From contig NC_068983.1 in NCBI RefSeq assembly GCF_001194135.2, forward strand, positions 162,347,381-162,392,066: a stretch of 44,686 nucleotides of DNA, in the 5' to 3' direction. Of this stretch, positions 24,401-36,400 are shown in pieces; position 1 is the first letter of the stretch; the number at the start of each line of letters is the position of its first letter. A program made the position numbers and the translations under genes. This DNA is from Octopus bimaculoides (taxonomy: Eukaryota). The notes below the pieces were generated by a model. That model saw only the letters and a program-made list of their open reading frames with translations. It did no database searches and was not told where the DNA came from.

Positions 24401-27400
24401 ACTTAGTTACTATCAGTAGAGAGCGAAACATTTTATGATTTATTGTAAAATGGATAAAAGTTAGAAATATGTGTGAAATAAGAGATCTGCACCAAAGCAC
24501 ATGACTGAACTGTTGGGAAAGTAAGTGTGTGTGTGTGTAAAAGATGGGATTAAGAGCAAGAACATTGAATGACAGGACAATACTAGAGCTAAACTTACCG
24601 GTAATATCTTGATAGCATCTTTTACAATTTCCAGCATTGTCCGAATCTTGCGAACCTTTAAAACATAAATAAGTAAAAGGTCAAGCAAAAAGTGTTGAAA
24701 AAAAAAAGAAGTAGGGTTATTATTAGCAGCAGATAATTAAATAATTGTTAACGAAGTTTCTAATTAGAATACAGAAGTGTTCATTTAGTTCTCTTAGTCC
24801 TCTTATTTTCTTTTGGTTGGCGCTAAGAGGGGAATGCAGGTGCAGAAACCATGCCAAATCAGCTTACCAGTTTTCAGTCAAACCGTCCAACCCATGCCAG
24901 CATGGAAAATGGACGTTTGATGATGATGAACTTATGCTCCAAATATTAATTGTTCTAGTGTCAATTATTGCGTGGACCAATTTACACACAAACTACAATC
25001 TTAATCTTTACATATACACACTGGCAGAAGAAGTAGAGTGATAAAACGGGTTTGTATACTTTTCAAGACTGAATTGAGAGTGTGCCAGTGCTATATAAAG
25101 AGAATTTACAAACTAACTTGTCTCTCTACATGTCTCTGAAGAGCACACGACAGAGTGTAGGTTCCCTGAGAGAAATGTTAGACAAAAGAAGCATCGGATA
25201 TGGCGTGCAAGAGAGACGTTTGCGCTGGTATGGTCATGTACTGCAGATGGACGAGGAGATCTGTGTGAAGAAGTGCCACTCCTAAACAGTGGAAGGAATC
25301 CAGGTTAGAGGGAGACCCAGGAAGACATGGGATGAGGTGGTGAAGCATGACCTTCGAATGCTGGGCCTCACAAAGACAATGACAAAAGACAGACACCTCT
25401 GGAGGTATGCTGTGACTGAGAAGATCCAGCAAATAAAGGGAGTTCACAGCTGTAGCCTACGCCAGTGTCACATAACCAGCCCACTCAAAAGTACCTTGGA
25501 TTGTCCTTGAGGAGACCTATTGAGTCAAGTACATTGACATCAACATCAATATCAAATCAAATGGAAATTGTAGTTGTGACCCCTGTGCAGGTAACACGTA
25601 AAAAGCACCATCTGAATGTGGCCGATGCCAGTGCTGCTTTGGCTGGCTTCCATGCCGGTATGTAAAAAGCACCATCTGATCATGGTCAATACCAGCTCCT
25701 CTGGCCCTTGTGCCGGTGGCACATAAAAAGCACCCACTACACTCTCGGAGTGGTTGGCGTTAAGAAGGGTATCTAGCTGTAGAAACACTGCCAGATCAGA
25801 TTGGGGCTTGGTGCAGCCTCCTGGCTTCCCAGACCCCAGTCGAACTGTCCAATCCATGCCAGCATGGAAAACGGATGTTAAATGATGATGATGATGATTA
25901 TTATATTGGAAAATGGTAGAAAACTTTTTGTGTTGTTTTGAATCCAAAACTTACTTTTGATACAGCTGCTGTATACATATCCTTACAGTCTTCAGGTGTG
26001 TAGGAATCAAACTGAACACGTTGCCAAAGTTCTTCAGTTTTCAAAGTTTTACTATCTGATAAATTGTTTTGAAGAGAAACTAAAAGTCTTAATACGTCCT
26101 CTTTTGGCCATTTCTGTTTTCGGTTTTCTGAAAGATTTAGAAAATGGATTTAGAAATAAAATCTTATAACAAATACAAAAGATAGAAAGCTGTGTCTGAG
26201 CTTTCCCTGTTTCTCACATCAACCTTCTTCTAACTATCAACATCGTTTAACGTCCGCTTTCCATGCTAGCATGGGTTGGACGATTTGACTGAGGACTGGT
26301 GAAACCGGATGGCAACACCAGGCTCCAATCTAATTTGGCAGAGTTTCTACAGCTGGATGCCCTTCCTAACTATATTTCTAAAATACACTTTTATCAATTT
26401 CAATTAAATTCTAAATTAAATCAAGAATTTAGACCCGTTTTGTGAAACAATTCTAGTTTATATTTATTCATATATCAATACAGTGTTTGGAATTCACACC
26501 AAAAAGTTCTTATAATACAAATCTAGAGTTGAATTTTTGCCTGAAAATTACAAAAATTACAGGTAAATTCAATGAAAATTGTTCAGCATTCAGATTACTC
26601 TGTCAAATGTTTGTTCCCAAAAATTTCAGAGAGAAATATTTAAACTTCAGGCCATTAAGTTTCTAAAATAAATTCACTCTCACTTTCAATATGGCAGAAG
26701 CAAAGTGGCTGAGTACAGGAGCAAATTACCATCTCATAGAAATGAGTTCTCTCCCAGAGCAGTCATTTTTTTTTAAGCATATTTTGGCTGTACATTTAAT
26801 TTAAGCTGTTCATATAGCTATCAGGAATAGGTATGGCATCTTTTGGTCATGTTATATGCTGTAGACTAGTATTACATTCAGAGAGATCTATCTTATGCAC
26901 ATAACACAATAAAAATTGAAACTTAGTACCAGTTTTGAAAAGTTTTTGCAACTTAGATGACTGTTACGTTTATTTTAAGGTGGTATACTAACCTAATTCA
27001 CTTGTTATCACCCAAAATTATCAAATAACCCATAGTATTTAGTTAGGAGTATCTCGTTAATTTACACCAACTTTGTCAAAGAAACCTGCTTTAATTTGGG
27101 TAAGATAGCACTTATAGCGAGCATCAACATGTAGGGACTGAGCTCACAGAGAACAGACTCTGCAGTCAAGGTTTTATTCTCAATTGCAGCTATTTCACTT
27201 TTCTAATATCTTTCAGAAATTTTCAATCACAACAGAAATACTCAGCACACTCTGTGGAGTGGTTGGCATCAGGAAGGGCATCCAGTTGTAGAATCATACC
27301 AAAGATGACTATGCAGCTCAATATAGCCCTGCAGCTCATCGATTCCTTGTCAAACTGTCCTACCCATACCAGCATGGAAAGCAGACGTTAAATGATGAAG

Positions 27401-30400
27401 AAGTCCAACATGTGGTTATAATATAGTTTTAATTTGCTGTGGGCATTTCTTCTCATTGAAAAATTTTCACCGTCTTAAGTTGTTAATATTGATGTAAAGC
27501 TGTCGTGGTTTGATTTCAAAAGGAAAAAGTTAAAGAAACGATGATATGAAAAAATACCTAAAAGAAAATCTAAAATCACACACATTTCACATGAAAAATG
27601 CTTGAATCTGTACATTAAGTGATTCTCCAGTAGCATCATCATTGTTCTACATCCACTTTACCATGCTGGCATGGGTTGGACAAAGTCAACCGAGGCATTC
27701 TTCACCTACAGCTGGACGCCAACCCTCACCTATTTCCAAGCAAGTTTATATTTCCCCATGGCCAGGCATGATTTTGTAGAACATTGGAATGACACTCATT
27801 TACAGCTATCATGCAATGTTAAGACAAAACGAAAATACAAACACGCATATATATGTATGTGCATGTATGAAATTCTTCTTTTAGCTTTCATCTTCCCAAA
27901 CTCATATCAAGGTGCCACACAGTGAGAATATTTGAAATAAACTCGACTGCTCTCACAAATGAGAATACTAAAAATGAACCTAACTGCTCTCAAAAGTTAA
28001 GTAAAAAAACAGGAAAAATAATCCAAAATCCTTGTCCAAAATCTAATCAGTTTGTGCCAGTCATGAGGCCAAACATCCCTGAAAGTTTCATTTAAATCCA
28101 TCCAGCAGTTCTTGAGATATCTTGTCCACAGACAAACAAACACAACTGAAAACAATACCTCCGTCTTCATTAAGGCGGAGGTAAAAAGCAAAAATACTGT
28201 CCTTGAATATTTCATCCATGGAGTTAAACTAAAAAATACTCACTTGATATCAAAAGATTGGATTCTTCCTTTTCTTTTTTCACTTTCTTTTGACCTTAAA
28301 ATAAAAAAGATATATTTATATACATGTAAAGAATAAAAAGTTTTGAATGGTACAACAATGCACTATATAATACAGGCAATGGACTATATACCTGTTGTAA
28401 TTTAGTTACCTATAGTGCGATGCTATTTCAGAATACAAGTCCTTCATCAGATATTCTTAGATGGAGTCACTGCTATAATCTAAGAATATCTGAAGAAGAA
28501 ATTGTATTCCAAAATAGCATCGCACTATAGGTAACTAAATTACAACAGGTATATAGTCCATTGCCTGTATTACAGTGCATTGTTGTACCATTCAAAACTT
28601 TTTATTCTTTACAAACAATACACAATGCTTCAAGCAAACTATGTATATATATATATATATATATCTATCATCATCATCGTTTAACGTCTGCTTTCCATAG
28701 GTTGGCCGATTTGACTGAGGACTGGTGAAACCAGATGGCTACACCAGGCTCCAGTCTGATTTGGCAGAGTTTCTACAGCTGGATGCCCTTCCTAACGCCA
28801 ACCAATCCGAGAGTGTAGTGGGTACTTTTACGTGCCAACGGCACGAAGGCCAGTCAGGCGGTACTGGCAACGGCCACACTCAAAATGGTGTATTTTATGT
28901 GCCACCCACACAAGAGCCAGTCCAGGGGCACTGGCAACGATCTCGCTCGAAAGTCCTTACACTTCTACGGGCACAAGTGCCAGAAAGGCGACGCTGGGCA
29001 CAGGTGCCATCATGATTTTGCTTTCGCTTGCCCCAACAGGTCTTCGCAAGCTGAGTTTCGTGTCCAATGAAGGAAAGGTACGCATAAGTGGGCTGGCTAC
29101 ACCCCTGGCAGAGGCCTTGGATTATGGTCTCACTTGGCTTGCCAGGTCTTCTCACTCACAGCATATTTCCAAAGGTCTCGGTCCGTAGTCATCGCCTCGG
29201 TGAGGCCCAATGTACGAAGGTCTTGCCTCACCACCTCAGCCCAGGTCTTCCTGGGCCTACCTCTTCCACGGGTTCCCTCAACTGTTAGGGTGTGGCACTT
29301 TTTCACGCAGCTATCCTCATCCATTCTCACCACATGTCCATACCAGCGCAATCGTCTCTCTTGCACGCCACAACTGATGCTTCTTATGTTCAGCTTTTCT
29401 CTCAAGATACTTACACTCTGTCGGGCAAGCACACTGATATGTTATTATTACTAGTTGAAGAACTAAAGTTTAATTACTAAATATAGCCACACTATGGCTG
29501 TGTGGCAAGGAGTTTGTTTCTCAACAACATGGTTCCGGGTTCGGTCCTTCTACGTAGCATCTTGAGCAAGTGTCTTCTATGATAGACTGGAGCCAGTTAG
29601 TGTTGTGATTAGATTTGATGGATGGAAACTGAAAGAAGCCTGTTGTGTGTGTGTATTCGTCCTCTCACAATGGCTGTCAAACAGTGTTGGTTTGTTTACA
29701 TCCTTGTAACTTAGTGGTTTGGCAAAAGAGAATGATTGAAGAAGTACCAGGCTTAGAAAAAAGCATTGGGTATGATTTGTTTCATTCAACCCTTTCAAGG
29801 TAGTGCTCCAGCAAGGCCACTGTCCAATGACAACCATAGCCTTCATGATGGGATGCACATTTTTTGGCCATGGGGTTTTTGTCTTTTTAAACTCAAAATG
29901 GGGCAGAGAGCAGAAGAGACAATGTAGATTAAACAAAACTTCTACCGTCTAATAATTAAAATGACAAAAAAAAAAAGAATGTAAAATGGATTAACCATTA
30001 ATATTTAAACCATTCAAAATGGATTATCGTTGCCAAGACATTCAAGCAAGATCATTGCCAGTACCGCTGGACTGGCTCCTGTGCAGGTGGCACGTAAAAT
30101 ACACCATTTGAGCGTCGCCGTTGCCAGTACTGCCTGACTGGCCCTCGTGCTGGTGGCACGTAAAAGCACCCACTACACTCTCAGAGTGGTTGGCATTAGG
30201 AAGGGCATCCAGCTGTAGAAACTCTGCCAGATCAGATTGGAGCCTGGTGCAGCCATTTGGTTTGCCAGTCCTCAGTCAAATCCTTCAACCCATGCTAGCA
30301 TGGAAAGCGGACGTTAAACGACGATGATGATGATGATGACTTCCTAAGGAACATAGAGCCGCTTTCCCAGTTTCTCTGGGATGCCAGTCCATCACAGGAT

Positions 30401-33400
30401 CACCCATTTTTGTCAGCTGAGTGAACTGGAGCAACATGAACTGAAGTGTTTTGCTCAAGAACACAACGCATTGCCCAGTCCAAGAATTGAAACTGCAATT
30501 TTACAATCACGAGCCCAACAGCCACGTGCCTCAACATACCCAGCCAAAATATCTTACCTTGTACCAATTTGGCCAGAATTGACCACTCAGATATGCCCTA
30601 GAATGTCATTCTAAACATAAGCCATTGGTTCCTAACCTTTTAACTATCAAGGATCCCTTTTATTTAAATGTGTTTTCCAACAGACTCCTTTTAATATGCC
30701 TATCTTTATGTATATGGTGGTTGGATGCCAGCCTCCTCGCCCTGAATGGCTCCTGTGCCGGTGGCACGTAAAAAGCACCCACTACACTCTAGGAGTGGTT
30801 GGCATTAGTAAGGGCATCCAGCTGTAGAAACATTGTCAGATCAGATTGGAGCCTGGTGCAGTCCTCAGTCAAACTGTCCAACTCATGCCAGCATGGAAAA
30901 CGGATGTTAAACAATGATGATGATGTCATGAATTGTATGAAATGTGGAGTAGATGAACAGCCGACAACTGATGAAGGGTCATTCTTTATATTACTTGTCT
31001 TGTTTTCCATTTGTTTCTCTCGTTGTTCACATACCCAAGTTTGCCTTGTATTTCCTGTTATATACGTTTGGTGAACTCAGAACGTAAAGACAGACGAAAT
31101 ACTGCCAAGCATTTCGCCTGGTGTGCTAACGTTCTGTCAGCTCACCTCCTTATCTTTGTATAATAACAGCTGATATAAATGTTGGAGAGTTGATTGGTGC
31201 AGGCTTCTGCCTGGCTGGCTCCTGTCAAACCGTCCCACCCATGCCAGCATGGAAGACAGATGTTAAATGATTATGATGATGAATGATTTATGAAACTGCA
31301 GGTAAAATGGAACCACCACCACTACCACTGAAATAAACTCTACCTAATACAACAACTTCAACTATAAATAGTCCAAGTCCTATAGTTTTTCTCTAAAAAC
31401 AGTTATCCAGCAAAGTGAAAAATGTTATCTCATTCAAATGTAAAATCAACTCACCTTCATCAATTTTGTTATTTTTGACAGCAGGACCATTACCAAAATC
31501 ATCATCACTACTAATTGCACAGTCACTATCATCAACGTCCATACTTCCTTCTATTTTCACTTCAGCATCATGTGAAAATATTTCTTCCTCCTCCTCCTCG
31601 TCGTCCTCCTCCTTTTTGTGTTTTTTATGTTTCTTTTTCTTTTTCTTCACTCCATCAACTGCAAACAACAAAGCAATCATATTTTACACACAAAAGTTAA
31701 TTCTATTCTGTATTCTTGGTTCTAATAATTCTCCTATGGCGACAATCAGTGCCTATTACAAGTTATAATATTTCTTTTTGTTTCAGTCATTTGACTGTGG
31801 CCATGTTGGAGCACCGCCTTTAGTCGAGTAAATCGACCCCAGGACTTATTCTTTGTAAGCGTAGTACTTATTCTACCGATCTCTTTTGCCGAACCGCTAA
31901 GTTACGGGGATGTAATCACACCTATATCAGTTGTCATGTGATGGCGGGGAAACAAACACAGACACACATATATATACATACATATATGTATATACGATGG
32001 GCTTCTTTCTGTTTCTGTCTACCAAATCCTCTCTCAAGGCTTTGGTCAGCTCGAGGTCATAGTAGAAGACACTTGCCCAAGGTGCCACGCAGTGGGACTG
32101 AACCCAGAAACCATGTGGTTGGAAAGCAAGCTACTTACCACACAGCCACACCTGTTCCCATATCTATCCTAATTAATGAGCTAAATTGCAAACAAGCAGC
32201 AAATACTTATAATCACTAATTCAAATTTATGTAAAATAAAACAAAACAAATATTTGGTACAAAAGCACCCATTACACTCTCGGAGTGGTTGGCATTAGGA
32301 AAGGCATCCAGCTTTCAACAGTGTATTTGGCATATAATCCTTTCTATTATAGGCACAAGGCCTGGAATTTGTGGGGAGGTGGATAGTCGATCACATCAAC
32401 CCCAGTACTTGACCGGTACTTAATCAACCCAGAAAGGGTGGAAGGCAAAGTTGACCTTGGCAGAATTTGAACTCAGAATGTAGCGGCAGATGAAATGCTG
32501 CTAACGATTCTGCCAGCTCACCGTATTTGACAGATAATCACCAAGTACAGAAAGTTCTAAGAGATATAAATACAAAATGTTAGCATTTTCATTTACTTCC
32601 AGTAATAACAGAGAGCTGGCAGAACCTTTCGTGCTCTGGATAAAATTTTTAGCAGCATTTCGTCCAGCTCTTAATTTTCTAAGTTCAAATTCTGCCAATG
32701 TTTTATATCCTTGTATTGGATATATAATATATTGAAGCAGTGGGGAAGAAAGTATATACACAACACACTACTGTTATTATTAAACGAGACTCAACACTCT
32801 ATATCAAAAGCTCACAGTGAACTGCTACCAACACGAACTGCCAATCACACAGGGCTTTGTTTTATAACAATGAGTCGGTCCACCTTTTAGTCACTTTGGG
32901 TGGGTGGGGTGGAATCTTTCCACAACACTATGTGAACTTTTCATCCTTTTAGGGATGATAAAATAAAATAGCAGTGTAATTGGTTTGCTCCTCCCCTCAA
33001 AACTTGTTTTATCAACCCTGACAGTCAACCATGGCAGAATTTGAACTCAGAACATAAAGATGGACAAAATACCACTAAGCATTCCACCCCCACCACCCAA
33101 AGCATGCTGATAATTCTACCAGCTCACTGCCTTTCACCATTACTAATAATGAAGCTTTAAAAATCTGGGGGAAAAACTGAGTAATAATTACAGCAAATAA
33201 ATATGGAGAAAAACAAACAAAAACTCACCCTCGTCAATGTTAAGAACGTCTCCGATGTTACTGTCTTCGTTTTCCTCTGTGATTGATTCATGTTTTTTAA
33301 TCTTTTTTCTTTTCTTTTTCTTTGAACCTGAAGGAAACAATTTAATAAATTACCATCTCCTCTCACCCACTGTCCCCACCCATTACCCATCCCAGATGGG

Positions 33401-36400
33401 TAGGGGTGAGCAGTGGGAATGAAGTGTGGATGACACCCTCCACTCTCTTTCCCTTCATTGCTCCCACTGCTGCTACCCAATCCTTCTACCTTGTTTTCTC
33501 TCACTGTCCTCTCCCCTACAGCATTTTTACCTCATCAATTTCCCCCTTTTATCCACCCCACCTTCCCTTTCGGCCTTTCCCAACAATGATTTCCTGCAAT
33601 CACTCTCTCAGGATTCCCCTCAGCCACCCTAGTCTATTGCCCCCTTCCTGTCCCCCTTTCCACTCACATATGTCCATATTCACCCTCATAGCGTAGAAGA
33701 GCCCTAGACCCTCACCATACAACCCCCCCTCTCTGCCGTCATTCAATTTATCGATGACCTCCTAACACTAATCCCTTCTATACTCCCTCTCCCAATAGTC
33801 TCTACTCTCTCCACTAACACAGTATTTCAACAACAGGGTGGTCATTAGAAAAACGGAAAATTTGAAGGCAAAACTAACGAGCATTAATTAAAATCATCAA
33901 TAAACCATGTGGTAAGTGGTTTCTGATCTGTCGTTTCTGTTATTCTTTTACTTGTTTCAGTCATTTGACTGTGGCCTTGCTGGAGCATCACCTTTAGTCG
34001 AACAAATCAACCCCAGGACTTATTCTTTGGAAGCCTAGTACTTATCGGTCTCTTTTGCCGAACTGCTAAGTTACGGGAACATAAACACATCAGCATCGAT
34101 TGTCAAGCAATGTTGGGGGTACAAACACACATGCACAAACATATATATACATATACACGACGTGCGTCTTTCAATTTCCGTGAACCAAATCCACTCGCAT
34201 GGCTTTGGTCAGCTCGAGGCTATAGTAGAAAGACACTTGCCCAAAGTGCCACGCAGTGGGACTGAACCCAGAATCATGTGGTTGGGAAGCAAGCCACTTA
34301 CCACACAGCCGCTCCTGCACCTGTTATGGAACATTTGTGAGTGTTAATTTGATATCATGCTTTGTGACACTTATTGATTACCTCAAACAGTTCTTGTGAA
34401 AATATAAAATGGCATTTCATGAATGTTCCGCTTTTCTAGTGACCACCAAGTGAAATCATAGTCGCAGCTGAGGCCAGTGTCACATAACTGGCACCTGTGT
34501 TGGTGGCACATAAAATGCACTGTTCAAAAGTTGGGCCTTCTGGAGGCAGTGACGAGTGATGAACACTTTTGGACGATATACCATGCTTGAGAAAACCTGT
34601 CAAGCCAAGTGACATCGTAGTCATGGTGCCAGTGAGACAAAAAGAACCCACTACACTCTCGGAGTAGTTAGCATTAGGAAAGGCATTCGGCTGTAGAAAC
34701 TATGCCAAATCAGATTGAAACCTGGTGCAGCTCCCCAAGTTTACCAGTTTTCAATCAAACCATCCAACCCATGCCAGCATGGAAGATGGACCTTAAATGA
34801 TGTTGATATATATATCATAATAATCATTGTTTAACATCTTCTTTCCATGCTGGCATGGGTTAGATGCTTGACAGGGCCAGGCAGAAAACTGCACCAGACT
34901 TCTGTCTGTTTTGGCATGGTTTTTATGGCTGGATGCCCAGCTTAACACCAACCATACTAAAGAGTGATATATATACATATATATATTATTTATGCGCCCT
35001 TTTAAAGCCTAGCCAGGCTCATGGGCCCGGTTTCTATGGCGTATGTGTTCCCCCACCAGCTGGACGGGACGCCAGTCCATCACAGTTTTACTCAAGAAAC
35101 AGGAAGAAAGAGTGCAAAAAAGATGACATTAAAAACAAAATAACAGTACAAATAATTTGATTAGAAGTTGAAAGCTCAAAGAAAAATAAATTAAAAGAAA
35201 TTAAAAGAAAAAAGAACCTACATAGATGCTTCAGTCCTATCATCTATTTGATCAACTACAAATAAATTAGTAATTACATCCATTTCTTCTTGTTTCCCCC
35301 CCAATATTCATAATTTCAATAATTCCGAACATATGACTTTTGCATTATATGATATAGATTAAACCAGTGGAATACCTTGGATTATATAAACCCTAATGAG
35401 GATATCGACTTCCCCTAAGTAGCTATATATATGCAACTTAGGCTGAAAGTCAACAAAGTTTGCTTTAGAAGTGTTGGGATGTATTGAAAGATAAGGAAAT
35501 AATTTTATTCTCAAATGCAGGATAATGCTAATAATATACCATGAACAGGATAAACTATTCATATTTTGAAGAAAAATCTGTCGGCAGCCAACAATGAGAC
35601 TCGAACTCACATCCCTGTGATTATGCATCAAGTGTTTTACCTTTAAGCTAAACTGCCCACACGACAAATTCTTCTGCAAATTTAGGATATATAAATCTAG
35701 TTTTATAAGACCCTATCGTACGTTAAATGCAACTTAAGTTGAAAGTCAACAAACAAAATTTGCTTTAGAAGTGTTGAAATGTATTGAAAGATACAGATAA
35801 TGAAATAATTTTATTCCCAAGTGCAGGTTAATGCTAATAATATAGCATGAACAGAGCCCTTCAATCATTGGACAATAAACAATACTTGTGAAGACCTGCT
35901 GAGGCAAGTGAAATCGCTGTCGTGGCTGATGACAGCACCACCTGATTGGCACCCGTGCCAGTGGAACGTTAAAAGCACCATTTGAGCCTGATTGTTGCCA
36001 GTGCCGGTGGCATGTAAAAAGCACCTTTTGAGCATGGCAGATGCCAGTACTGCCCGACTGGCCCTCGTGCCTGTGGCACGTAAAGGCACCCACTACACTC
36101 TCGGAGTGGTTGGTGTTAGGAAGGGCATCCGGCTGTAGAAACTTTGCCAGATCATATTGGAGCCTGGTGCAGCCTCCTCAGTCAAACCATCCAACCCATG
36201 CCAGCATAGGAAAGCGGATGTTAAATGATGATGATGATGATGGGAGAGTGCATGAATTTCCATAATACAAAAGGAGAACAATTTTGTTTTCAATTTCTCT
36301 TCCTTTTATTTATATTTCTTGAATATTGCTTCATTTAATTTCATTTTAAGTTTTATAAATATTTTTTTCCTGTATGAAATTAGTATTCATTTCATCATTT

